A stretch of 63,008 nt of DNA, counting the filler, from Collodictyon triciliatum (Eukaryota), in the NCBI GenBank assembly GCA_043381765.1. It is 4 parts of 4 records of this genome, joined end to end, with 100 filler letters (N's around TTAATTAATTAA, not from the genome) between each part and the next. Parts side by side here need not be neighbours in the genome. Positions count along the whole stretch, not along the records: positions 24,835 to 49,350 come from JBHJMP010001081.1; positions 49,451 to 57,251 come from JBHJMP010001101.1; positions 57,352 to 63,008 come from JBHJMP010001127.1; 1 more part is not named here. The stretch is one strand, 5' to 3'. Made by a program: the position numbers and the translations under genes. This document shows, piece after piece, positions 46,133-58,573 of this stretch. The number at the start of each line of letters is the position of its first letter. Positions within the stretch are counted from its first letter, which is position 1. The notes beneath the pieces were generated by a model that saw only the letters and a list, made by a program, of their open reading frames with translations, was not told where the DNA came from and made no database searches.

Positions 46133-47327
46133 ATGTCCTCGATTCAAGTACTGGTTAGAAGGTAACGCAGCTGATTCCATTACAAGCGTGTCTGTCCCAG
46201 CAAAAACAAAGAAGTCAAAAAAAAAAAAAACCAAACAGAGGGGTCTTTTTTTTCTCTGGAAAGAGCTGAATGTCTAAACCTACCCACCCGCCTGCTTAGG
46301 AATGGTTCGAACGAGACTGCCAAAGTCTGCAAAGTTCCTCCCACGTTTGCTGAGCTTCTCGCGCGCGCTGGTACCAAAGTGCAAGTAGAAAGCCCCAAGT
46401 AAGATTTCTTTTCCTTTATTCGATTCTAAGTGCAGCAAGGTTAAAGCTCAAAGTAAGATAATAAAAAAGCAACTAAAAGAGATCAACAAAGGGGTTGAAA
46501 AAAAAAAGCTCATAAAATAATGAAAGCATGGCAATAATATTTATAAGACGACAAAACCATTAACTCGGACCATGGAGTCCTATGCGGAATTTGTAATGAA
46601 TGTATTCACATTTTTCTGTTTAGTCTAAAAGTTTTGTATTTGTTGTATTTGTCATCCTATTCGCCCAATTCACACGGCAAGCTTTTATTTCATATGTGAC
46701 CAAGACGTATATTTACGGCATCTGGAGCTGAAGTAGATGACGTAGATGACCTCATTCAAGGCGACGAAGTATATATATCTGCAGGAGAGCCCTTCATCCA
46801 CCCAAACGGTACTACTTTTTATAATAATCAGTCAGAAAAGAAAAGAAAAGAATTCCAATCAAGACCGGGCCAGTCATTTTCCATATTCATTTCTCAGCCG
46901 TGACCTATCAACAGATTGCTTTTCTTTGAATCGCGATTGATCATTAACCAAACCATAAATCAATGTCACCCGGTCTTTTGCATATCCCGATAAAAGCGAC
47001 TACACCAGCTTCACAGCCAAGCACGTCTGTGGAAAAAACATCGTCATTACCCAGAACTGAACAGAAAGCCACGGGAGGCTCCATCATCGCCACTCCAGTC
47101 CAAAGTCCGTCCAAAACGGCTTCTCCAGCACCTCAAAAAGAAGAGCAGAAAATCACTCCTAAGGATGAACCCAAGAAGGACACCAAAGAAGAGAAGTCTA
47201 CAAAAAAGAATAAAAATGGCGATGGCAAGGGAAAGGCGAGCGTCGCAACTGGGGAAGAGTTCCAAAAATGGAGCGAATCGAAAAGATTCACAAAGTATGA
47301 TTATTGCAACTGATAATTTTTTTGCTC

Positions 47328-47392
<65 letters not shown>

Positions 47393-47431
47393 CATCATCA
47401 TTATCACCACCACCACCACCACCATCATCAC

Positions 47432-47488
<57 letters not shown>

Positions 47489-47953
47489 ACAAAACAGCCC
47501 TAGCTGTTGGTGCTGATACCAGCGATCTTTGTTTGATAATGATATTTAATACATATCCTATAATGAATGAACATACAGTAAGCATGATTTGTCACATTGG
47601 CATTCTAATATGCAAATTTATTTGATTATCACTATAGTTGGAGAGCCAAAATGAAGCAAATCAGCTCGCACATATCTATGCAATATGTCAAAACAACTGA
47701 TAGTCGACAGGTATTCTTGATACTGTTGCATTCGGTCCCTGCAGGCTTCGACATTAATTTACTGCAAACCCTATATATATGAGTCAACAGAGGATACCAT
47801 ATAATAAACGAGTCATTTGTTAACTATACATAATAGGGTCTCCTTAATTTTGCATGCTCGTCTGTTGTATCTGCCCCGAGTTTCTACAAAGCAGAAGACG
47901 AAGGTATTTTCTGGAACTTTCAAGCGTGTATATTCTGAACTTTATTTCCTCTC

Positions 47954-47995
<42 letters not shown>

Positions 47996-49350
47996 ACACT
48001 TCAGATAATTAAATATCCCATCATCGCAAATGAATATGTACTATGAGATTTACATTTTGCAAATATATAATTAATCGCATGTAAAATATACTAGGTCGAG
48101 TTTCTATGATGAAGCTTGCTATCAAAATCGCTCGTGAAGATCCAGAGTATTTATTCAAACTGGTTCGTAATGTCTGACAGATACTCTACTTTGTATTATT
48201 CTTTCTTTTTCTTCGCTTTATTGATGATAAGAAGTTCCAAAAATCATAAAATTCAAAGTAACTTTGTGAGTGTAGTGATGTTAATATTTTTATATTACAA
48301 GGCCCTGTACACAAGAACAAAGCTATTTATTCGCTCCACCTCAAACTTTATTCTATCACTGGCCGCTCATCTTGGACCTTGTCATCCATTCATGAAGAAA
48401 TATTTCGAACACATCATCAAGGCGAGCTGCCATCTGTCATGGATGTTTACTATGCATAAATCATGACGTTGACTACCTTATACTTGGGCACTTTATTTGC
48501 TATTTATTTTCTTAAAATTCAACTTTGATACATTAGACTCCCGGGGATCTATTAGAGTTTGTCAATCTTTATCGAACGACGCCAAACAGAATTTTATCTG
48601 TGAGATCTCTCCCACAAAGCACCCGCCGTGTTGTTTGTAATGTTTAAAATTATTGATGCACAATTTTATCATACTCGAGATGAATCCATCGAAAGCAGAA
48701 TATTTAGGACCTGGCTAGTCCCAAGAGCTCAATACCTACTTTATTTTTGTAATTTTGGTCTTATTTCTATAGTGTTTCATTCTAGTTCAGTTGCAATCGT
48801 AACCAATGACGGCTTTTACTCTTGTAGGCGACAAATTCAAACAGTTCGATACATATCAGCTCGGGAAATACTGTTCTGAATCCGATAGAAAGGCCTTGAA
48901 TATGAAAAAAAAACCGGTAAAATTCAAAATCTATGCTTACCATCCCACCTTAAAATCAGCAAACTGCTGCAATGTATTCGCGTACGCCCAGGGAGACCGC
49001 TAGCTGTATGATTCTATTTGATTTTAGATTTTAACTATTACAACCAAATCAACTAATAATATCAGGCACTTTTAATGGGTCAACTCGCTGAAGCTGTGGA
49101 CTATGTCAGAGGTATTCCTTCTCTTTAATATTTTTACTCTCCCTTTTTTATCCGTGTTAAAACAAACAAACAAACAAACAAACAAACAAACAAACAAACA
49201 AACAAACAAACAAACAAACAAACAAACAAACAAACAAACAAACAAACAAACAAACAAACACCTGGAACACACTTCAGCTACATACAAATAGAAGCTTTTT
49301 ACACAATCCTCGTTTGGTATTGTATGTTATAACAAAAGATATCTAGATGA
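46133..49350 (+). CDS. TEP1/p80-like TROVE-domain protein with N-terminal DCX/KHA-like domain; 3' part lost at assembly gap
   Basis: N-term 'MSSIQVLVRRNG...KVPPTFAELLARAGTK...KRIFTASGAEVDDVDDLIQGDEVYISAGEPF'; low-complexity linker; TROVE 'EDPEYLFKLALYTRTKLFIRSTSNFILSLAA...MKKYFEHIIKTPGDLLEFVNLY...DKFKQFDTYQLGKY'. Confidence 0.85.
49160..49260. repeat. (AAAC)n; also (TTTG)n at 62888-63008
   Basis: Direct reading. Confidence 0.97.
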
Positions 49351-49450
49351 NNNNNNNNNNNNNNNNNNNNNNNNNNNNNNNNNNNNNNNNNNNNTTAATT
49401 AATTAANNNNNNNNNNNNNNNNNNNNNNNNNNNNNNNNNNNNNNNNNNNN
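49351..49450. other. Artificial contig spacer
   Basis: Same N44-TTAATTAATTAA-N44 layout. Confidence 0.98.
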
Positions 49451-49729
49451 AGTATCAGCATTATTTGTTTTCCACAATTGTGTGTGATATTGGAAAAGTT
49501 CCAGGAACACATACTGATTCGTCGATGCTCCCAACAGCAGGATGTTGGTACATAGACCCAGCAAATTCGTTCCCATCTAAAATGAAATTTGGCAATCGAT
49601 CAAACGTTTTTAAAATGAGTTAATCCACTTAAAGCAAATTAAATCTCCAGACTGAGACTTTAGTCCGCAAGCCCGCCACCCAATGAATCTGCCTCGGACA
49701 ACCACACAAAATGTAATCCACACAAGTAA

Positions 49730-49801
<72 letters not shown>

Positions 49802-49913
49802 AGGCTCGCTGCAATGAAGCCAAACCCAGATATACTATGAACTAACTTCTGCGATCATATTCTTTTTCGACTCGATTCCGTCTCCAGCAAGGCCAGCTCA
49901 AGCATACGGCAAT

Positions 49914-52602
49914 ATGTCTGACGAAAAGCAGACCCTCACAGACTTGTTTCTGTCTATCGGGCTCGAGCCAAAGGTTGCCCAGGAAACTGCAACCAGCCCA
50001 CTTGCTGCAACCCTTAAGGAAGTCATCGCCGAGGTAAACTGCAAATGGCATCATATGTATTATATGTCAAACAGAAAGAGACGGTTCACTTTAATTTCAC
50101 CTTAAACATCTCACAGAGACCATGTCATTTGCTCTAATCTTTTGAAAAAAAATCTGGGAATAAGAATGTGTCATTATTTAGGAAGATATTGCACAAATAA
50201 CACCTCTTTTTCCCCTCATAACTACAAATAATACAAAACCCTTCTCGACAACAGGCTGGCCTTGGTGAGGGTTGCGATAAGACTACAGGTGCTTTGCTTT
50301 ATCTGCTGGCTACAAAACTTGCACCGACTGCACTGTCTCACCGCTCGTTTGTCGCTAGGTGTTTCATCTACACCTATCACAAAAACAATACAAAAAAGAA
50401 CTTATAAAAATGAAGGATAGATTCGTAAGTGTAGAATGATAATATTATTGAAATGGTTATAAAAAATCACTGTTTCAGATACATCTCAGAGAAGAAACTG
50501 AAGATGGTTCCACAGGTGGAGGCTGCTTTGGCATTTTGCAAAAAGTATGCTGGAAAGACATTCGAGGCAGCAGCATTTGATGAAGCCTGTGGTGTTGGTA
50601 AGACGATTGATATATGCTGTGTTTGGTTATACATGATAATTACACTAATTCAGATCCATTATGTGATACAGCATTCCTTGTCATTCACTTTCCATGAAAA
50701 TTAATACAAAGGTATCATGGTCACCGAGGGACAAATCAAGTCCGAGGTCGCACGCATTCTAGATTCACACGAGGCAGAGTTGAAAGAGAAGCGCTACCGA
50801 GTCAATATTGGCTTATATCTTGGCGAAATCCGAGAAGCACTAAAATGGGGAGATGGCCGACTTATTCGTGAGGAGCTTGAGAGACAGATGGAGGCACGTC
50901 TTGGTCCAAAGACTGAGGCTGATACAGCCCCACTACCCAAGGTTTAATCCAACCGTCTATGCGACATCATTTATTATTGTAACTGTATATCCATGGATGT
51001 ATTTGAAACTCGCCTTTCATTATATCTCTCTTAATCGGAGCATATACATTTAGCAAAAGAAGGAGACAAAACCCAAGAAGGAAGAGCCAGCCACAACATC
51101 TGCTACTGATTCCAAGGAAGCTGCTCCGGCCGCCCCTGCCGCCCCTGCTCTTACCAGTAGTGAGCTCCACTTCCCAGACCCAAAGGTTTGTTGGATAAAA
51201 CCTGGGGTTCATATGTGATCAATGCCATAATCAATTTCTCCCCCTTTTTTTCGTTTGCACATCTCAAATATATTTTTGTATCTCATTTCTAGTGAGAGTA
51301 TATGCTCCAAAAGTCATTTATGGTGAACCCTGTTAATTCATATCCAATTCAATAGGACAATGATCTCAACACGGATGAGTTGCTCAAGAAACACTTGGAA
51401 ATCACTGGAGGAAAAATCATAACTCGATTCCCACCTGAGCCTAATGTAAATAAGAAAGGAAATGGAAAGTGGTTAATGTTTCCATGCTAGACTAATCATA
51501 ATGTTCATATGCATTTTCCACGTTGACATCTGAGTAGGGATATCTGCATATCGGCCACGCAAAAGCAATGTCTCTGGATTTTGGATTCGCTGCCAAGAAG
51601 GGTGGAAATTGTATTCTGCGATATGATGACACTAATCCTGATGCTGAAAGAATGGAGTTTATTGAGAGCATTCAAGAGGTGATTTGCAGGAAGTTTAGTT
51701 CTCGTGTATGGAGTATGCCTGTGAGTAAGGGAATCTGACGAACACACCATCTTAATTAACTCTAGGATGTTGCATGGCTCGGCCACAAACCCTCTGAAAT
51801 CACGTACTCGTCTGATTATTTCCAGCAACTTTATGACTTTGCTGTTCTTCTCATCAAAAAGGATTTGGCTTACATTTGCCACCAAACCCGCGAGGAGATG
51901 TCAAAGTCAAGGTGCCTCTACCACTTTGAAATAATGTTCTATATACGTAGTGATTGCAAAAATGCCTAATATTTTCACAAAGGCCTTTTCGTATCGAACT
52001 CTCAGTCAAATTTCCTATTTCCTATATTCTATTTTCTATATAAGGAAGAAACAAAGATTTATAAGCAAGTTGTCTGTAATTTTAAATAATTGTGGGTTTC
52101 GGCATAATTAGAGAGCAAATGACCGACAGCCCCTGGAGAAACCGACCGGTTCAGGAATCCTTGAAGCTCTTTGAAGATATGCGCAAGGGAAAGATTGCTG
52201 AGGGACAGGCAACACTTCGCATGAAGATGAACATGCAACACGAAAACTCTAGTAACATATATTTTAGATTTTAGTTCTTTTATTTCGAGATTTGAATATA
52301 TTAGTTAGAATGAATACTATATCCTTCCCGTGATTTTTTTCTCACCCCAGCAGATATTGTGATTCAATGCATTTATATTTAAAAAAAAAACATGATTACA
52401 ATATTACTAGCCATGAGAGATTTGGTTGCTTACCGTGTCAAGTTTTCACCTCATCCCCACGCTGGAGACAAGTGGTGTGTGTATCCCTCCTACGATTTTA
52501 CCCACTGTGTTGTGGACTCTATTGAAAACGTGACACATTCTCTCTGCACTCTTGAATTCGAGGTATTTCAAAGGGAAATTTTGGCATATGATATTTTTTG
52601 AT

Positions 52603-52655
<53 letters not shown>

Positions 52656-54312
52656 TTTGTTTAATTTGATGTTTGTGATATAAAACGATAAGGCATCTTA
52701 TTCCGCAACTGTTTATTTTTTCATGAAAAATAAAATGAAAGAATTTTAATATTAAATTGACCATATGTGTTATTGATATTGGTATAAGCATTTTTCCTAT
52801 TATTCGGATGTTTCGATTATATAGGTTCGCCGTGAGCCGTATTATTGGCTTTTGGACGCCATTGGTATTTTCAAGCCCATCGTTTGGGAATATGCTCGTC
52901 TAAATATCACACGTACTGTCATGTCAAAGAGGAGACTAACCCGTCTGGTTCGCGAAGGTACTTTGGGACTTATACCAGAGAATAGTTTTATACATTTGTT
53001 CGAGAGGGGATTAAATGATTCATGAGATCAAAGATACAAACAAACGAAATGTTTGGCTCTTATCAATAGTCACATCTTCCTTTCCTTTCCCATCTAATGA
53101 AATCCACAAAAAAAATCCACACAAAAATCCACACAAAAAAAAAGGATATGTTCGCGGATGGGATGACCCACGCATGCCTACAATATGTGGGCTCCGTCGC
53201 CGTGGCTATACACCAGAGGCCATCAACCACTTTTGCGAACTTGTTGGTGTGACACGAAACGCAAACGTGATTTCTCACAAGGTTTTTCTTACCATTCACT
53301 TTTATTTATTTTATGTTAAAAAAAAAGGAGAAAAAGATAAAAGAAATGCAGAGGACTACCAAATCAACCAATCCTGTTGGTTTAGGTATTGGAGCATTGT
53401 GTGCGCCAGGACCTCGACAAGCGATGCGAGCGACGATTTGCCGTGCTGGATCCACTTCGCGTGGTCATCACAAACTACGATGGTAAGCCACCCGAACGGA
53501 CACTAGCATCTCACTGAAATGTACAAACCACTTCCGATTCCTTGCAGCAGTGTGATCGCTGGCCCGTCCTTCCACACCCATCCGGCTTCTCACCAAAGCA
53601 TCCATATCTTATCGTGCCACTAGGCGAAGGCGAAGTCGTGACTGCTCCAAAGTTTCCGCGCGACCCATCGCTGGGCGTGCGCGAAATCCCGTTCGGCCGA
53701 GTTGTGTACATCGAGCGCTCAGACTTCCGCCTGGTCGACTCGCGCGACTACTACGGCCTTGCGCCCAACAAGGAGGTGAATCTGAAGGCGGCCTACAACA
53801 TCACCTGCACACAGGTTGTCAAGGATGCGTCAGGCCAGATTGTGGAGCTGCATGCAACCTACGACCGCACGAACGCACGGAAGACAAAAGGCCACATCCA
53901 CTGGGTGGCTGAGCATGGATATCCTGCAAACAAAACAGCAGAGGTCCGAGTCTATGACGAGCTCTTCAACAGCGATAATCCTGGAGAGAAGGAAGACTGG
54001 CTGCAGGACATGAACACAAACTCTCTGCAGATTCTGCCATCCGCTCGCATTGAGCCCTCCCTCTTTGGTTTGTGACGAGTGCTTGCAAAAAGAAAAAGAA
54101 ACGAGACTATCCCCATTTCATCTTTTCACTCACACAACTTGAACACCGCAGGCGCAAAAGTTGGCGAGCGCTTCCAGTTTGAGCGTCTCGGCTTCTTCAA
54201 CGTGGACAAGGACACTGTGCTGGGCGGCTCGCACATGGTCTTCAACCGAACCATCACGCTCAAGGACTCGTACAACGAGAAGGCTGCTGCCGATGCCCCT
54301 GCAACCAAATAA
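49914..54312 (+). CDS. QARS1: Glutaminyl-tRNA synthetase, eukaryotic type with N-terminal domain
   Basis: '[18 protein letters not shown]', 'LRYDDTNP', '[12 protein letters not shown]...[10 protein letters not shown]', 'VMSKR', '[17 protein letters not shown]', 'FQFERLGFF...VFNRTITLK'. Confidence 0.97.
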
Positions 54313-54534
54313 GCAGCTCCAACTCAGCAGTTACGAGAACGAAAAAGAAAGAGGAAGAGGAAGCGGAAGAGGAAGCGCCCACGAATAAATTGGCCATCCC
54401 AATCGGCAACGTAAAGCAGATGAATCAGATGAATCAGAGAAAGCGGGCGAAGCAGGTGACTCGCAGAGGGCGCAGCCTCGTTGGCCTCCTGTGAAGATCT
54501 CTCAATACCACACAAACGCAGTTGCGGATCACCA

Positions 54535-55126
54535 TGAGCGAGGATGCAGCCTCGGCAAAAGTGCGGGCGCTTCAACGCCAGCGTGAACGATGGATGGCCG
54601 AGCGCGCAGCCGCCCAGCAGCGCGAAACTGGTGGCCACGCACCTCAAACTCAGCCCGCAGCTTCTGCCACACCCGCTCAGGCGCCTCCAGCAAATCGTCC
54701 CCGGTCAGCCAGTGCCCCAAAAGTCCACCCGAACGCGCGATATGCGGCCTATGCCCCTGGGCTGAGTCGTGCTGAGCCGATCGCCGACCGCGAGTCTCCT
54801 CGGCTGCCGCAAAGGACGCACAATATGCACAGTTCGCACAATCCGTATGCAGCTCCTTTTGAGCCGCAGCCGCTTCCTCCAGCTGCTAGTCTCTCGCTCG
54901 ATCCTATTGCAGTCCGTGCCGAGTATGAGCCTCGCCCCGAAGTGGTGCGTTCCATCATTGTATTTGCAGCCTTAGTTTATCTGTTCCTCAATCTAATTTC
55001 TTTGTTTATTGTTCCTTCAATGAACACAAAGCTCACGAGGAACTACCTTTTCAATTACCTATTTATTTATTTATTTATTCATAGGCAGTATTTACTGGGC
55101 CAGCGCCAGCTCAACCACGTCGCTAA
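54535..55126 (+). CDS. Small hypothetical Pro/Ala-rich protein (~150 aa, 2 exons)
   Basis: GC-rich ORF 'MSEDAASAKVRALQRQRERWMAER...EPRPEV', donor GTGCGT at 54944, AT-rich intron ending TTCATAG at 55084, last exon '[13 protein letters not shown]'. Confidence 0.55.
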
Positions 55127-57070
55127 GAACCCCAGACGCAGTAATGTCCCCGCCAGCACCTGCTCCCTGGAGAACCAACGGAGATGGCTTATACCTGACA
55201 ACATTAAGAGATGCGTGTGATGAAAGGGGTGGAATATGGGATTTCTTCAAAGGGAAGAGGCAACACATTCTTGAAAGTGTATATATGTACATGTATATAT
55301 TAGCCTTGTAGAAAACCTTTCATTTGAACTTGCTGATATCATTGATTGGACAACAACGGCAAGTACAAAAAAAAAGTGAGGGGATAAAATATGAATGGAA
55401 ATATACCATTTGGTATGGAACTCGATCATGTTGTTTGTCCCGCTGAGGCGACCGATAGGGCTGGAAGATGACAGGGATTGCATTCCCACCACAATCTTTC
55501 CTGCTTCGAGGGTGGCAACATATCGCAAAACTAATGTATGTATCAAGCTCGGTGGACATTTTCATAAGGAAAAATAAGGCTGCCTGTATCTACTTGTGTT
55601 TTATTATTATAGAAGTATATCTCTCTTTGACTGAACTTGACCGAACCTTCGTTTCGAGAGGCTGCATCGGCAACATCCCTGCTAAACTTGTCGTCCAACT
55701 CGGGCAAGCGAGCCAAGAATTCAGGAACAGAAAGGGACACAAAGGTCTCAGGGTAGAGCGGCTGAATCACCAACTAAAAGACAGAAAAGCAGAATCTCTA
55801 AGGATTTGAAAGTTAGGCAAAAGAGAAAAAAGAGGAGGGAGTCATTACATCAGACATCTCGGCTTTCCATCCGAGACCGCGAGCCAGAATCAGCGCCTTT
55901 CTGGCGACATCAACGCCACCCAAGTCGTCGCGTGGATCGGGCTCTGTGTAGCCAAGTTTGTGTGCTTCACGGACAACTTCGCTGAATTTCTGATAGAACA
56001 AAACCGTAATCATAATGACAATTAATTATTTTTTTTTTTTACATGAACATGAAACCGCATTAACAAGTCGTAAAAGAAAGACATCCACGAGCAAGCAAAA
56101 AAAAAAAGTACGCATATCCTTTCCATATATTCGAGACTTGAAAAAAGAAGACGATGGAGAGGATGGTAAGGCACTCTTCATAATGATGAAATCTAGACAC
56201 AAATATAATCTGCTACCAAATTGCTTTGAAGCCCGCTCATGACATAACCCAAGGTTCCGCTGAAAGTCCCCACAATTCGTTCAACAAAGTCTCCAGTCGC
56301 GTTCAGGCGCGCAACTGTGGCATTGATAGGCAAGGCAGCGCCGACTAGAACGATAAATATAACATTATCATTAATTTCACACGTAACCCAAAGGAAGTGA
56401 AACGGACCATCAAAACACAGTGTTTTTCTTTCGGACAACATATCACATCCCAAAAGACATGAGCCATACCCGTCGATTCCCAGCGTCCTGCTTTGAAGTT
56501 TCTCTTCGTGCCAAACTCCGCCGGCCCAGAAGCAAGCTTTTCATATTTCTCCTGAGACTGAGTGAGTGGCTTCTTGTTGGCCAGGGCAAAGCTGAATCCC
56601 TACGACTCTTTGGATGAGGCAACCACGCTCTTTGACCAGTTCATATCCATCGAGACTGAGAAGGAGGGCACGAACCTGTGACTGGGCATAGATAAGGTCG
56701 TCTGCAATTTCTGATGCGCTGCAGTCCACAATAATCTTGGGTCCAGGATAGTCTGCCAGAGCACTGATAGCGCCACGCAGACTCTCAGACCTGCGCGATA
56801 AGGACCCGGGTTAAACAAGTGATTATCCAGGTCCAGCCGCCCTCATTATCTACTCTGCTTCACTCACAAAGAGCTCGCACAGGAGTACCAAAGAAAGTGG
56901 CATTAAAGCAAAAGAACGAAAACTGGGGGACATGCTTTGTTATCCTAACATAGACTCGTGCTCAACAATACACACACACACAAAAAAAAAAAAAAAAAAC
57001 AACAACAGAGCATATACACAAGGTCGGGGCAGGTGTTCTTCTTATCCTCCGCGAAGGAGGCAATGGGCCT
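55092..57070 (-). CDS. Homoserine dehydrogenase (5' part lost at gap; could be the HSDH domain of a bifunctional AK-HSDH)
   Basis: 'IIVDCSAS', 'VGAALPI', '[10 protein letters not shown]', '[26 protein letters not shown]', 'LRYVATL', '[12 protein letters not shown]', '[21 protein letters not shown]'. Confidence 0.93.
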
Positions 57071-57149
57071 GATAGAAGGTTGGTAGCAGATTCCGCTTCG
57101 TTCTTCATTTTCAGCATTATTTTATCACCATTGCTCTAAGAAAGAAGGT

Positions 57150-57251
57150 TAAAAAAGATAAAAAAAGATAAAAAAAGATAAAAAAAGATAAAAAAAGATA
57201 AAAAAAGATAAAAAAAGATAAAAAAAGATAAAAAAAGATAAAAAAAGATAA
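57150..57251. repeat. 10-mer (AAAAAAGATA)n running into the gap
   Basis: Direct reading. Confidence 0.95.
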
Positions 57252-57351
57252 NNNNNNNNNNNNNNNNNNNNNNNNNNNNNNNNNNNNNNNNNNNNTTAAT
57301 TAATTAANNNNNNNNNNNNNNNNNNNNNNNNNNNNNNNNNNNNNNNNNNNN
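57252..57351. other. Artificial contig spacer
   Basis: Same N44-TTAATTAATTAA-N44 layout. Confidence 0.98.
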
Positions 57352-57389
57352 AAGAAAAAAAAACAACAGAAACAAAAAAAAAAAACCCA

Positions 57390-57423
<34 letters not shown>

Positions 57424-57606
57424 AGCGCAGAAACTTTCACGCAACGCAAAGGCAAATGCACAAATACACGCACAAGCGAGCGGTTGCGGAGGCGAACAAC
57501 CACGGGCAGGTTTGCATATCCCGGGCACAGAGCCAGAAGGGCACGAATAGCTGTTAACCGAAACAAGCATCGCAGGTGACCCGCCAAGCAGCCCGCAGAG
57601 ACTGCA

Positions 57607-58155
57607 ATGACCGAGCAGAACGCAATCCAAGACCACGCCGCGCTCTTTGCAGCAGCCGCAGACGCGCTGTTTGAGCAGACCAGCAACGCAGGCGACGGTG
57701 GGAGTGCGCGCCCGGCATCCCAGGTCGTCTTGTTGGCTGTGGAGCACTCTGTCATCACGTCGCCCGAGGCTGCGGCTTACGCCCTTGTTCTCATTGCGCG
57801 CATCCTGCGGGGACTCGAGGCACTGCACCAGACAGCACAACACAACACCCGGCAAGGTTGCGCCCTGTCACGAGGAGAAGTGACAGCCGTTGCTCTCGGC
57901 CTGGCTTCAAAGGCACTGCTCGACGACCCCTTCGACAACCGCACGTTTGCTCTGCTTGCGGATGTTCCGTTCGCGCGCTACAACGCCGCAGAACTCAACT
58001 GTCTCCACATCCTGCGATTCCGCACACACATCGACGCACGCAGAGTCTGCTTCTTGGCTCACTCGCTCCTGCATCCACCTGCACTCCCAAACACACCTGC
58101 CTGCACGCCGCATTGGCCCTCTGTGTATTCAAGCCTTGCTGCTTATTCTCTTTGA
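57607..58155 (+). CDS. PHO80/P-type-like cyclin (cyclin box), intronless
   Basis: 'YALVLIARI...ALGLASKALLDDPFDNRTFA...YNAAELNCLHILRF' fits the PHO80-like pattern (LASKxxxD..N..FA....N..E..L..L.F). Confidence 0.75.
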   Translation: MTEQNAIQDHAALFAAAADALFEQTSNAGDGGSARPASQVVLLAVEHSVITSPEAAAYALVLIARILRGLEALHQTAQHNTRQGCALSRGEVTAVALGLASKALLDDPFDNRTFALLADVPFARYNAAELNCLHILRFRTHIDARRVCFLAHSLLHPPALPNTPACTPHWPSVYSSLAAYSL

Positions 58156-58573
58156 GAACTGCTCCATAATCCTACCCCGTGGTGTCGTCGCTGTTCCTAA
58201 ACATCTGACAACCAAACGCACAGAGAAAAAAGGCTCCCCTTTTTCTATTTCAAGAACGTATTTCTTATCTTCCATTTGCTCTCCTGCGATATAATCCCTT
58301 CTGCTCTGACCCGCTGTATTCACTTTCCATGCATGTTCTTTGTTGTTGCTCTCGGCAAAGACTATGCCCACGCCGCGAACAGTCGCATAGCTGCTCTTAC
58401 ATAAAGTTTATCATCTAAAAAAAGCTATTACAGTCTTATTCTTTTCAAATATGAGCCTTCCACACATGTAGAAGCTTGTGGCATTGTAGAAAAATCAAAG
58501 AAAAAATTATAATAATAAATTGTAAATTTCTCATGATGGTTTATTCTGGGCAAAAAAATTAAGAGAAGCAATC

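Noticed and set aside
49451-49720. Possible minus-strand exon (DGNEFAGSMYQHPAVGSIDES) diverging from QARS
   Set aside because: Too short and truncated by the gap to support a call.
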